From Alphaproteobacteria bacterium (lineage in GTDB: Bacteria > Pseudomonadota > Alphaproteobacteria > UBA828), in NCBI GenBank assembly GCA_965243375.1, contig CBDEUT010000006.1, positions 64,131 through 128,130 on the forward strand: a DNA stretch of 64,000 nt. The letters are read 5' to 3'. Positions 1 through 9,069 of the stretch are shown here, in pieces. The notes below the pieces were generated by a model that did not search any database, was not told the DNA's origin, and saw only the letters and a program-made list of their open reading frames with translations. The translations under genes were made by a program, and so were the position numbers. The stretch's first letter is position 1, and each line of letters starts with the position of its first letter.

Positions 1-49
1 AGTTAATCGACGGTCTGGCTGGGAAGCTGTTCGGGACGAGATAGACGCA

Positions 50-595
50 GTGCGCAAATGGTTGATCACGAAGCTTGGTACGTTAAAGACGAAGTGGAAG
101 AGTGATATTAACACTCAAGCCATAGAAAACTTAGTTGAGTTAGCAAGTGGTGGCGTAGCAGTAACAACAGAACGAAACGGAATTCGATATAGGACCATCC
201 TACAAATCGATGGTGATGTTATACAAAAATGCGATATCCCTTCGGGAGTAGAGGGGGAGTATATTGATTCAGTATGGTTGGAACATTTGGCAAGGGTAAA
301 TGCTAATCTCCAAGGCGTCAGAGAAGTAGTAGATCGTTTGATTGGGAAATTGGTCTATATCGTCTCGGTGGCACTTACGCTATTGGGGATGGGTACGGCG
401 TTTGGCTTGGTAAGCGATGGTCTTGCGGAGGTCACGGTAGAAAGTGCTATATGGTCAATAGTGGGTGGGGTGCCGGGATTGGTGTTCCTGAGGTTGGGTA
501 AACGCGTCACCGCCATTGTATTCCGAAGACTTCTGGCTCGTCGGTTAGAAGCGGTCGGTGCGAGGATGACGGGACAGTCATTGGCTGCGCAGTAG
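50..595 (+). CDS. hypothetical membrane protein (hydrophobic segments) in low-GC segment
   Basis: 181-aa ORF. The region is about 45% GC against about 68% elsewhere. The central stretch VALTLLGMGTAFGL...IVGGVPGLVFL is hydrophobic. No family recognised. Confidence 0.4.
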   Translation: MRKWLITKLGTLKTKWKSDINTQAIENLVELASGGVAVTTERNGIRYRTILQIDGDVIQKCDIPSGVEGEYIDSVWLEHLARVNANLQGVREVVDRLIGKLVYIVSVALTLLGMGTAFGLVSDGLAEVTVESAIWSIVGGVPGLVFLRLGKRVTAIVFRRLLARRLEAVGARMTGQSLAAQ

Positions 596-889
596 ATGTG
601 AGACCGAAGTTTTTGGTCGATACACGAGGTTGCTCCGATCGCAAACGTAGGGAATTGTCTGGCAGTGGCCGCTTCAAACGAAGGTCTGGCGCGGGCGAAC
701 TTCTCTATCTTGTCCTTCCTCCACGCTCTATGTTTGTCTAATTTAACTAAAGCGAATTGGATGCAAAAGGTGTGTAGTGGGTGGTCATCTTCACCTTCGG
801 TGGTTGGGCATCTTGCAGATCATGGGCAGGTTCTTGGCCAGCCTGTACAAGGGGACGAGATGGGAATCTATGTCCCAACCTGCGCGCGT

Positions 890-2074
890 TCATTGCCCAG
901 TGGCTTTGTCAGCACCCTGAACGGGCGACAGATTCCCACCGATGCTTCCGGTGATCCGCGCCGCGGCGTTCTGGATGGAATCCCGGGCAAGGTGAGCGTA
1001 CCGGGCGGTGGTCTGCACCTGCGTGTGGCCGAGCAGCTTGCCGATCATCGTGAGGCTCTCGCCGAGCGCCAGCGCCCTTGAAGCATACGAATGACGAAGG
1101 TCGTGGATTCGCACGTCCTCCAGCTCGGCCCGCGCACGAATGCGGCGCCAGGGGCGCTGGAGATCGGTGATGTGGGATCCCGGCAGCTTGCCGCGGATGA
1201 CCCAGGGATTGCCCTCCTCGCGGGGCAGGTCCGCCAGCACGGCGCGGGCCTCGGGACCGAGCGGGACGATCCTGCCGCCAGTCTTCGCGTCCGGTAGCTC
1301 GATGCAGTCGTTCTTGACGTGCTCCCAGCGGAGGAACTGGATCTCCGACAGCCGGCAGCCGGTCAGCAGCAAGAGGCGGAGGGCGGCGACCGCCGAGGGC
1401 ATCTCGCTTTCGGCCTCGCGGAGGACCTCGCCCAGCCGCTCGGTCTCCTCGGGTGACAGGAACCGCTCGCGCTTGTTCTCCTTGTAGCGCTTGACGTGGC
1501 GACAGGGATTCGACCCGTCCGGCCGCAGGCCCCAGACCTCGGCGAGCGAGAACATCTTGGAGAGCACGCCCAGCGTCCGGTTCGCCTGGTAGGGCCTGTC
1601 GCGCAGGTCGAAGTGCAGCTTGGCGATGTCCTTCCGCTCGACTTCGGCGATCCGCATCTCGCCGATCGCGGGGTCGATGAAGAGCGTCACCGACCGGCGG
1701 TATTCCCCCTGGGTGCTGGGCTTGCAGTGGGTCGGGACATACTCCTCGAGGAACCGCCTGCCGAGCTCGGTCATGACCGGCTCGGCCTTCCGCTTCGCGT
1801 CGGCGTCGCGGGGATCGACCCCCGCTTTGGCCTGAGCCAGGATCTCGAGCGCCGCGACCCTTGCCTCGTCCGGGGTGATGGGTCCGTGCTGGCCGATGGT
1901 GAACCAGCGCAGCTTTCCGCGCACGCGGGTCTGGAGGACGTAGTTCTTCCGGCCCGACTTCCGGACCCGGACGCCGAAGCCGGTCAGCTCGCCGTCCCAG
2001 TAGACGGTATCGGCGCCGTTGGCCTTGAGGGCCTCGACGGCGCGCCTGGTGAGTTTCGGAATGCGGTTTGCCAT
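890..2074 (-). CDS. int: tyrosine-type site-specific integrase (P4-like, N-terminal arm-binding domain)
   Basis: C-terminal HDLRHSYASRALALGESLTMIGKLLGHTQVQTTARYAHL motif. N-terminus has the LTRRAVEAL...YWDGELTGFGVRV arm-binding fold. ATG at 2072-2074; an upstream in-frame ATG at 2131 is also possible. Confidence 0.85.
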   Translation of the reverse strand: MANRIPKLTRRAVEALKANGADTVYWDGELTGFGVRVRKSGRKNYVLQTRVRGKLRWFTIGQHGPITPDEARVAALEILAQAKAGVDPRDADAKRKAEPVMTELGRRFLEEYVPTHCKPSTQGEYRRSVTLFIDPAIGEMRIAEVERKDIAKLHFDLRDRPYQANRTLGVLSKMFSLAEVWGLRPDGSNPCRHVKRYKENKRERFLSPEETERLGEVLREAESEMPSAVAALRLLLLTGCRLSEIQFLRWEHVKNDCIELPDAKTGGRIVPLGPEARAVLADLPREEGNPWVIRGKLPGSHITDLQRPWRRIRARAELEDVRIHDLRHSYASRALALGESLTMIGKLLGHTQVQTTARYAHLARDSIQNAAARITGSIGGNLSPVQGADKATGQ

Positions 2075-2257
2075 GGCCGGAAATCCTTGACGCCGGAGGG
2101 GCGTTCTAGCAAGCTGGCAAACTATTGGCAAACACTTTGCATCTACTCGTGGCTTACCTCAGGCGGCGCATGCGTATGATGGAGACCATGAAAGGACTGT
2201 AAATCAACGCTTTATCATCAGTCAGCTTACGTCAGCTTACCTGAGACGCAGATTGTA

Positions 2258-2308
2258 GCCAAACTCATAACCTGAAGGTCGCAGGTTCAAATCCTGCCCC
2301 CGCTACCA
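2258..2308 (+). other. 3' half of initiator tRNA-Met (anticodon loop to CCA), likely att direct repeat of the island to the left
   Basis: Sequence ctcataacctgaaggtcgcaggttcaaatcctgcccccgctacca matches the tRNA-fMet 3' half: CAT anticodon loop, GCAGG/CCTGC T-stem, TTCAAAT T-loop, acceptor CCCCGCT, then A and CCA. No matching 5' half or D-arm upstream, so it is a partial copy. Confidence 0.6.
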
Positions 2309-3486
2309 CCGAGACCGACATTCCCGACCTGGGAGTGTCGGTCGCCCCTTTCCCCCTGCCGTTTCCGGCCCATTCGAGGATGGTGCCGAGGTCGCCATGG
2401 AGCGCGGCGGCCATCTCGCCGCGCTTCGCGCCGGGGGTGAGCACGATGCGCTCGATCAGCCCCCGGATCGCGTCCGCCGCCTCGTCGCGGTCGCGCGGGT
2501 CGGCCAGCGCCTCGGCCAGCCGCTCCACCTTGCGCCGGTAGACGGTGGCGATGTTCGGGTGGATGTCGGGAAGATCGACCGGAGCGGCTGACAGCCGTTC
2601 GGCGATCTCGTCCTGGCGGGCTTCCAGCTCGCGCAGCCTGTCGGACATGCCACGTACATAGCCGCCTTCCTCGATGGCCGCGATCATCGACGCGATCCGT
2701 TTCTCGATGTCGGCCAATTCCTTCCGGTCCGTCGCGCCCGACGCGCGCCGCTCGCGGTTGAGCCGGTTGGTCTCCTCGGCATACGCCGTCATCGCCTCGG
2801 CGGCGGCCTCGGGAGCCATCAGCTTCTCCCGGAGCCCCGCCATGACCCGCTCCTCGATCTCGACGCGCCGGACGGTCCGGCTGTTGGAACACGAACCCGA
2901 CATGATGTAGTTGGAACAGGCGTAGCGGTCCTGGCCGCGCTTGGCGTAGGAGCCGCCGCACATGCCGCACTCCAGAAGACCGGACAGCAGATAGCGGGGC
3001 CGGTGGGTGCTGTTGAGGTAGTTGGCCTGGGCCGCGCGGGTCGCCGCGATGGATGTGGCGTATTTCTCCGATATCTCGCCCTGCCGGGCCTTCGCCGCCT
3101 GCCACAGTTCGTCGTCCACGATGCGGAGTTCGGGAACCTCGACGATTATCCACTCCTCGGGCGGGTTGAGGCGCGCGACCCGCTTGCCGGTGTCGGGGTT
3201 CTTCAGGAAGCGCTGCCGGTTCCATACCAGCCGGCCGATATAGAGCTCGTTGTTGAGCAATCCGGTTCCCCGCTTCGCGTGGCCGCGCAGGACGGAATCG
3301 GTCCACAGCTTGCCGGATGCGCCGGGGATGCCGTCCTCGTTGAGACGCCGCGCGATGGCGCGCGGACTGGTGCCTTGCGCGAACTCCCGGAAGATGCGCC
3401 GGACGATCTCCGCCTCGGCCTCGTCGATCTCCCGCTCGCCCCGAATGCGCTCGCCGGCGGCGTCGTGCAGCTTCACCACGTCGTAG
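2265..3486 (-). pseudogene. large serine recombinase, C-terminal part (recombinase domain, zinc ribbon, coiled coil), separated from its N-terminal part by transposon copy A
   Basis: VVKLHDAAGERIRGEREI...LLECGMCGGSYAKRG...CSNY (zinc ribbon) followed by a long coiled-coil region. Rejoins in frame with 7867-8337 across the 4-bp duplication CTAC. The 3' end reads into the tRNA-like repeat. Confidence 0.75.
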
Positions 3487-3812
3487 TGTTGTTTCCCAGA
3501 TTAGCTGACCGCAGATTTGCCGGATTATTTCGCGCGGCGGCGAGGCGGATTTCCCACGCTGTTTGGTCATTGTCGGAAGGAAGAGAGGGGGTGGGGGGGT
3601 GTCGGCCGGCCGTCGGCGCGTCAAGCCGCTACGCGGCTCCTTCGCTGCGCTACGGCCCTTCGGGTGACCCGCCGCCGTCCGCCCGACTGAGTGCATCCAT
3701 GGCCGTAAGCGGAGCTTTCGGCCATGGGCCGATCGCTCGACGCCTTGTCGTGGCCGGAGCCTGACGAGCGGTTTGCGAGGGTGGTTCCCGTGAGCGGTTC
3801 CCCCTCGAACCC

Positions 3813-4865
3813 CTAGGGATGGGCGGAACCGGGAACCGGGAACCGGGCGTTGTCGGGGTGGCTGCCGTTGGCGGCCGGGGAGGCCTTTTCGGCCTGGCCC
3901 GCGGCGAGGCCGTAGTGCCCCTCGGCGTCGTGCCGGACGCGTCCTTCGCGGACGAGCTTTTTGAGGACGACGCCGACGGTCTTGTGCCGGGTCGCGGCGC
4001 GTTCGCGGATCTGGCGCTGCGACAGCGGCGTCCCGGCTTCGGCGAGCGCCTTGAGGATGCGCCGTTCGGCGGTTTCGGGCTCGGGCGCGGCCTCGGCAGT
4101 ATCCACTTGGCGGAGGCGCAGCGCGGGCCCCTTGCCGTCATCGGCGAGTTCGATCTCGATGTCATTGAGGCCGGGGGCGGCGCGGTGCTCGACGGTCATG
4201 ACGATCTGCCTGTCGCGTCGGCGCAGGTAGAGATTCGAATCGCCCCACGCGTGCAGTTCCGAGCTTCCGCGCAGGGCCTGGCCGGGCCTTGTGGCGCCGC
4301 TCTTGCGGGCGTGGTGGACGAGCAGGACGGCGGCTCCGAAGCGGCGCTGGATGTCGCGTAGGAAGCCGAGGATGGGGGCGACCTCGGCGACGGTGTTCTC
4401 GTCGACGCCGTGCAGCCGGACCAGGGGGTCGAGGACGACGAGGCGGGGCCGGATGCGTTGCACCGTCTCGACCAGCCGCCGGCGGTCGGCGCGATGATCG
4501 AGGCGCAGCGCGGGCACGTCGATGACTGCGATGTCGAGGCTCTCGAACCGGGCGCCTGCGGCGCTCGCGATACCCTGGAGCCGGGCACGCACGATGTGGC
4601 CGGCGTCCTCGGCGGCGAACAGCAGGACGGGTCCTGGCTCGTCGGCGGCGAAGCGGCGCAGGCAGGGGACGCCGGCGGCGACCGCGACGGCGAGGTCGAG
4701 CGCCAGGAAGGACTTGCCGCACTTGGGCTCGCCGCCGACGATGCCGACCGCCTGGCGCCCCCACAGCCCGTCGATGAGCCACTGCTGCTGGCGCGGCCGG
4801 TCCTCCAGCTCCACCGGCGCCCGCGTCGGGAAGCCGTTCGCCGCCGCGTCCCCGGTGCCGGTCAC
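3813..4865 (-). CDS. RecA-fold AAA_25 (RepA-like) ATPase with C-terminal winged-helix domain, transposon-encoded
   Basis: Walker A GIVGGEPKCGKSFLALDLAVAVAAG and Walker B-like RLVVLDPLVRLHG; LLVHHARKSG. C-terminal ERRILKALAEAGTPLSQRQIRERAA winged-helix-like. GTG start overlaps the stop of the upstream ATPase gene. Mirror of 32921-33973. Confidence 0.7.
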   Translation of the reverse strand: MTGTGDAAANGFPTRAPVELEDRPRQQQWLIDGLWGRQAVGIVGGEPKCGKSFLALDLAVAVAAGVPCLRRFAADEPGPVLLFAAEDAGHIVRARLQGIASAAGARFESLDIAVIDVPALRLDHRADRRRLVETVQRIRPRLVVLDPLVRLHGVDENTVAEVAPILGFLRDIQRRFGAAVLLVHHARKSGATRPGQALRGSSELHAWGDSNLYLRRRDRQIVMTVEHRAAPGLNDIEIELADDGKGPALRLRQVDTAEAAPEPETAERRILKALAEAGTPLSQRQIRERAATRHKTVGVVLKKLVREGRVRHDAEGHYGLAAGQAEKASPAANGSHPDNARFPVPGSAHP

Positions 4866-5662
4866 GGCTTGAGCTCCTCGATGGCATTCTGGAGGTGGCC
4901 GGCGTTGACCGTCTTCGCCTTCTCCAGGGCGGCGGCCGACAGCGCGTAGTGGGCGAGGCGGTTGACCTGGCGCGGCAGGCCGCGGGTTCCCTGGAACAGG
5001 GCCTCGACGGCGGCGTCCTCGAACAGCGGCAGCTCGCATCCGGCGAGGCGCAGGCGGTGGGTCAGATAGGCCTCGACCTCGTCGCGGTCGAGGCCGGTGA
5101 GGTGGTGGCGGACGACGACGCGCTGGGAGAGCGATTCGTGCACCGCCATCGACAGCCGCCGCCTGAGCTCGGTCAGCCCGACCAGGATCAGGCACATGCG
5201 GTTCTCGGAGTCCATCGCGAAGTTGGTCAGCAGGCGGAGGTCCTCCAGCACGTCGTTGCGCAGATGATGGGCCTCGTCGACGACCAGCACCGGGAACTGC
5301 CTGGCCTCGGTCGCGAGGCGCGAGATCTCGGTCCTGATCGCGTGGTGGGCCGAGGATCGCGAGCGCTCGACGGTGATGCCGATCTCCCAGGCGATGGACT
5401 TGTACATGTCGAGCACGTTGCCGGTGGTCAGCGAGACGTAGTGGACTCGGAACAGGCCGGGGTGGAGCTGGGCGGTAAGATGCCGGCACACGGTTGTCTT
5501 GCCGGCACCGACCTCACCGGTGAGCATGCCGATGCCCTTGAGCTCGATGAGGTGGCCGAGCCGGGCCTCGGCCTCGCGGCGCGCGCTGGATTCGAACAGC
5601 TCGTCGGTCTCCGCCACGGTCTCGAAGGGCATGCGGGTGAAGGCGAAGTGGCGCTGGTACAT
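4862..5662 (-). CDS. TniB/MuB/ExeA-like AAA+ ATPase (transposition helper)
   Basis: MYQRHFAFTRMPF...GIGMLTGEVGAGKTTVCRHL (Walker A) and VLVVDEAHHL (Walker B). ATG overlaps the transposase stop by 1 nt, with an AGGAGGA Shine-Dalgarno. Mirror of 32124-32924. Confidence 0.75.
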   Translation of the reverse strand: MYQRHFAFTRMPFETVAETDELFESSARREAEARLGHLIELKGIGMLTGEVGAGKTTVCRHLTAQLHPGLFRVHYVSLTTGNVLDMYKSIAWEIGITVERSRSSAHHAIRTEISRLATEARQFPVLVVDEAHHLRNDVLEDLRLLTNFAMDSENRMCLILVGLTELRRRLSMAVHESLSQRVVVRHHLTGLDRDEVEAYLTHRLRLAGCELPLFEDAAVEALFQGTRGLPRQVNRLAHYALSAAALEKAKTVNAGHLQNAIEELKP

Positions 5663-7023
5663 CAGTCGTCCTCCTTGAACTTGCGCATCTTGAGCGGCGA
5701 GGGCGGCGGCTCTGGGGCCGGGTCGTCGGGTTCGATCTTCTTGGAGTAGTGGCCGCGCTTCACCGCGGTGTTGGCGTAGGCGTCGAGGCGGGTTGCCTGG
5801 CCGACAGGCTTGCCGTCGTGCACCACGCCGAGCGGCCGCGACGGCGGCGCATCCGGGTCGTAGCGCAGCACCACCCTGTGGCCGACCAGCAGGGCGTCGA
5901 CCTCGTAGACGCGGCCGTTCAGGCTGACGGTGCGGTCCTTGTGGACCAGCCGCTTGGCCTCGAAGAGGAAGATATCGTCGAGGTCCAGCGTGGCGTCGGG
6001 GTAGCGGACCGCGGCCGAGGCGAGTGCCCATTGCTCGAGCGGGGTGCGCCCCTCAAGGCCGCGATGCGGACTGTTGTGATACTCGCCCTCGATCCACGCC
6101 CACAGGCTGCGGTTGAGCGTCTGGAGGCTGTCCAGGACCGGCGCATCGAGATGGGCGAGCCAGCCGGCGCGAAGCGTTCTGAACCACCGTTCGATCTTGC
6201 CCTTTCCCGCTGGTTGATACGGCCTGGCATGCACCAGCACGATGCCCAGCTTCGCGCAGATCAGGGCGAGCTGGCGGGAGCGGTAGGCGGCGCCGTTGTC
6301 GACATAGAGGCGCTGCGGCAGGCCGCGGCGGATCAGCGCGTTCTTGAACACGGGCAGGAAGGCCTGGACGCTCTCGGCCATGGCGAAGGCGGCGAAGGGC
6401 ACGACCCGGGTGGCGTCGTCGATGAAGGCGATCAGGTAGGTCTTGCGTCGGCTCCGGCCGTGCCGGACCTTCGGCCCGTGCATGACGTCGCTCATCCACA
6501 GCTCGCCGGCGTCCCGGAAGGCGAAGCGGCGGCGGTCGGCGCCGTCCGGCGGCTTGCCGTCGAACAGCCCCTCGCGGCTCAGCAGCCGGTGCACGGTGGA
6601 TGGAGCGAGCGGGTGATCGATGCCCTCCTCGACGGCCGCGCGGATGATCGCGCGCACCGGCCAGGTCGGGTTGTCGACCTTCAGCGTGACCAGGCGCTCG
6701 GCGACCTCGGCCGGCAGCCGCCGGGGCTTCCCGCGGTCGCTACGTGGTCTGGGGTAGAGCGCCTCGAAGCCGCCATCGCGATAATGCCTGATCCAGTCCC
6801 GCATGGTGTCGGCGGCGACACGGGTCCGGTCGGTTCCGGGGATGGCATAGGTCTGGCTCGCCTTCTCGCGAAGCTTGTCGCCGACGCCCTTGGCGCCCAT
6901 CGGCAGATGCACCAGATCGGCGATGACGCCGTATCGGAACAGCGCGATCGCCTGGCGAAGGTCGTCGTCGGATTCCTTCATGTCATGGTCCTCGTTGCTG
7001 GGGCTCTTCGGCCCCGGGACCAT
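5662..7023 (-). CDS. DDE transposase, Mu/Tn552 orf480/TniA-like (rve integrase core)
   Basis: 453 aa. N-terminal HTH-like region. Core WMSDVMHG...YLIAFIDDATR...LYVDNGAAYRS...HARPYQPAGKGKIERWF is the typical rve DDE catalytic domain. Mirror of 30763-32124. Confidence 0.8.
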   Translation of the reverse strand: MVPGPKSPSNEDHDMKESDDDLRQAIALFRYGVIADLVHLPMGAKGVGDKLREKASQTYAIPGTDRTRVAADTMRDWIRHYRDGGFEALYPRPRSDRGKPRRLPAEVAERLVTLKVDNPTWPVRAIIRAAVEEGIDHPLAPSTVHRLLSREGLFDGKPPDGADRRRFAFRDAGELWMSDVMHGPKVRHGRSRRKTYLIAFIDDATRVVPFAAFAMAESVQAFLPVFKNALIRRGLPQRLYVDNGAAYRSRQLALICAKLGIVLVHARPYQPAGKGKIERWFRTLRAGWLAHLDAPVLDSLQTLNRSLWAWIEGEYHNSPHRGLEGRTPLEQWALASAAVRYPDATLDLDDIFLFEAKRLVHKDRTVSLNGRVYEVDALLVGHRVVLRYDPDAPPSRPLGVVHDGKPVGQATRLDAYANTAVKRGHYSKKIEPDDPAPEPPPSPLKMRKFKEDD

Positions 7024-7027
7024 GACG

Positions 7028-7672
7028 CTACGCCGCCGCCGGAGGGGGATCAGGCCCCATCGAGTGTTGGAAGCCCGCCTTGCGACTCATCGTGCCGATT
7101 CCGTGGGGTTGGAAGCCCAATGGGGCGGGCAGCATCTGCAGTTGCTCAGACACCAGGCCACGCAGCGCCATCAAGGCGCTGTCGCTGTTGAGACGCTCGC
7201 GAACCGCCACCATGGTGGCCGCGCAGCCCGCCAGCCGGTCGGGGATCAGGCCGATGACACGGACAAGAACGTTGTGGACCAGGCGAAGCCGGTGGCGCAC
7301 CCAGCGCATCGCGCCGGGAAGCTCGATCGCGTCTTCGTCCTCGGGGCAGCGCACCTCGTTCGCTGCCTCCTCCAGGCTGCCGGCTTTCTCCGCCGCCACA
7401 ACAACCGCTTCCAGATCGTCGAGCGTGCCCGGCAGCCGCGACGACAGGCAGTCGGCCAGCATGCTGATCGTCGTATGGCTCTCACGGCAATACCAGCGGG
7501 GAACCTTCGCACCGGGCGGGGTCTTCCGCCCGTAGGTGCCGTGGCTGCCCACGGAACATCCGCCGTGCGGGTGATTCGGGCAGCGCTCAAGCCTTGCCTC
7601 GCGCCACGCCTCGGTCTTAACGTATTCCTCGCCGGTAAGCCCCGTCTCGTAACGAAGCTGCAAACCGGCCAT
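7028..7672 (-). CDS. Cys/His-rich hypothetical protein, first gene of the transposon operon
   Basis: 214 aa with a CPNHPHGGCSVGSHG...WYCRESH metal-binding-like motif. Ends 5 nt before the transposase start. A diverged homolog occupies the same position in copy C. Mirror of 30114-30758. Confidence 0.55.
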   Translation of the reverse strand: MAGLQLRYETGLTGEEYVKTEAWREARLERCPNHPHGGCSVGSHGTYGRKTPPGAKVPRWYCRESHTTISMLADCLSSRLPGTLDDLEAVVVAAEKAGSLEEAANEVRCPEDEDAIELPGAMRWVRHRLRLVHNVLVRVIGLIPDRLAGCAATMVAVRERLNSDSALMALRGLVSEQLQMLPAPLGFQPHGIGTMSRKAGFQHSMGPDPPPAAA

Positions 7673-7866
7673 GGCCCGGCGGGGATCAGCCCGTGCGGGC
7701 CTCTTCCTTGTTGTTCCTCGTCAGTCCGAGACTACGAAACCGCCCCGGCGACGCAAAGCCGCCAGGTCCACCCATCCCACGCTCGGCCACAATCCCGGGG
7801 AATTCACCGGCAGCCCAATGTGGGAAAAAAACCCGAGTTCCTATCGGGCTAAACCGCGAGACAACA

Positions 7867-8337
7867 GTAGCCATAGCAGATGCCGCCGCCCGACTTGCCG
7901 GCCTCGACCCGGCCCCTCAATCCCCGGTGGGTCTTCGCCGCAAGGTCCTTCAGGAACAGCGCGTTCATCGTGCCCTTGAGGCCGACATGCAGCTCGTTGA
8001 TCTCGCCTTCGCCTGCCGAGAGCGTGAAGATCTTCACGCCGGCGAAGCGCAAATGCTTGTAGAGGGTCGCAACGTCGGCCTGGTCGCGGCTCACCCGGTC
8101 CAGCGCCTCGGCGACGACGATCTCGAACGCGCCCCGCCGCGCGTCCTCAAGCAGCGCCTGGACGCCGGGCCGGAGGATCACGCTGTCGCCCGAGATGGCG
8201 GAATCCTTGTAGGTCCCGACGACCTTCCAGCCTTCGCGCTCGGCGCGCTCGCGGCAGACCCGGAACTGGTCCTCGATGGAAGCGGCCCGCTGCTGGTCGG
8301 ACGAATAGCGGGCATAGAGTGCGCAGCGCAGGGTCAT
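7867..8337 (-). pseudogene. large serine recombinase, N-terminal catalytic (resolvase) domain, cut by transposon copy A
   Basis: MTLRCALYARYSSDQQ (catalytic Ser region)...GKSGGGICYGY. Stops at the transposon end. Continues in frame at 3486 downwards. Confidence 0.75.
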
Positions 8338-8368
8338 GGTCCAGGGTCTCCTATCGGTCGTGCGCCGA

Positions 8369-8779
8369 TCATGCGGATCGCGGCGCTTCCAGGTCGAACA
8401 GCGGAATATCCATCGCGCGGGCCACATCGTTCATCCGCCGGTCGTAGCTCGCCAACGCGACCCCCTGCCCGTGTTCGGCCAGATAGGCGCACGACGCCAG
8501 ATGCAGGGCGTCGAGGGTGCGCAGCGCGCCGGGGCCGGGAAAGGCGTCCAGCGCCCGCGCCAGCACCGAAGGCGATAGCTCCAGCATCGCCACCCGCCCG
8601 GTCAGCCAGCGCGCCGCCTCGCCGTAGGACTCCGCGAGCCCGCGCGCATGCAGCGGGGTCCATATCTCGTATTCCAGCAGCCGGCTGGAAAACAGCGTCT
8701 CGTCCCACAGCGAAGCGGGCGGCTGCCGGTTCTCGGCCAGAAGATGCGCGAGCGCGACGGACGAATCGAGGTAGATCAC
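8369..8779 (-). CDS. vapC: PIN-domain toxin VapC
   Basis: MIYLDSSVALAHLL... PIN-fold acidic residues. 4-bp overlap with the upstream antitoxin gene. Confidence 0.8.
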   Translation of the reverse strand: MIYLDSSVALAHLLAENRQPPASLWDETLFSSRLLEYEIWTPLHARGLAESYGEAARWLTGRVAMLELSPSVLARALDAFPGPGALRTLDALHLASCAYLAEHGQGVALASYDRRMNDVARAMDIPLFDLEAPRSA

Positions 8780-9069
8780 CGGTCGCGCCGGCTCTCGTCC
8801 AGATCGGCCAGGATTTCTTCCAGCGTGGCGACGGGCTTGGGCTTGGGCGGCGGTCCCGAAGCGGTCAGCCTCGGCGGCGTCAGCACGCCGGACCGCACCG
8901 CTTCGGCCAGAAAGGCGTCGGCGAGGATCGGGCTCCGGGTCTCCCGGAGCGGTCCGAGCTCCGCCACCACCTGATCCCGGTCAGTGACCAAGATCGTCTC
9001 GCCGGAGGACGCAAGCCGGACGTATTCGCTCAGCTTGTTGTTCAGAACCTTGATGCCGACCGATCTCAT
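8776..9069 (-). CDS. type II antitoxin, Phd/YefM-like
   Basis: 97 aa: VGIKVLNNKLSEYVRLASSGETILVTDRDQVVAELGPL matches the Phd/YefM pattern. Lies immediately upstream of and overlapping vapC. Confidence 0.7.
   Translation of the reverse strand: MRSVGIKVLNNKLSEYVRLASSGETILVTDRDQVVAELGPLRETRSPILADAFLAEAVRSGVLTPPRLTASGPPPKPKPVATLEEILADLDESRRDR

Larger units (their letters stand above)
3487..7866 (-). mobile_element. four-gene transposon, copy A (4380 bp; imperfect terminal inverted repeats TGTTGTTTCCCAGATTAGC / TGTTGTCTCGCGGTTTAGC; 4-bp duplication GTAG)
   Basis: Identical to 29920-34299 in inverted orientation (all encoded ORFs identical). Ends are TGTTGT...ACAACA. GTAG lies at 3483-3486 and 7867-7870. 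The interrupted host ORF rejoins in frame. Confidence 0.8.

Noticed and set aside
2287-3696. 469-aa minus-strand ORF (Arg/Gly/Pro-rich) overlapping the serine recombinase fragment
   Set aside because: Alternative frame of a 70% GC region. Low-complexity Arg/Gly/Pro-rich translation, while the recombinase frame has clear domain motifs.
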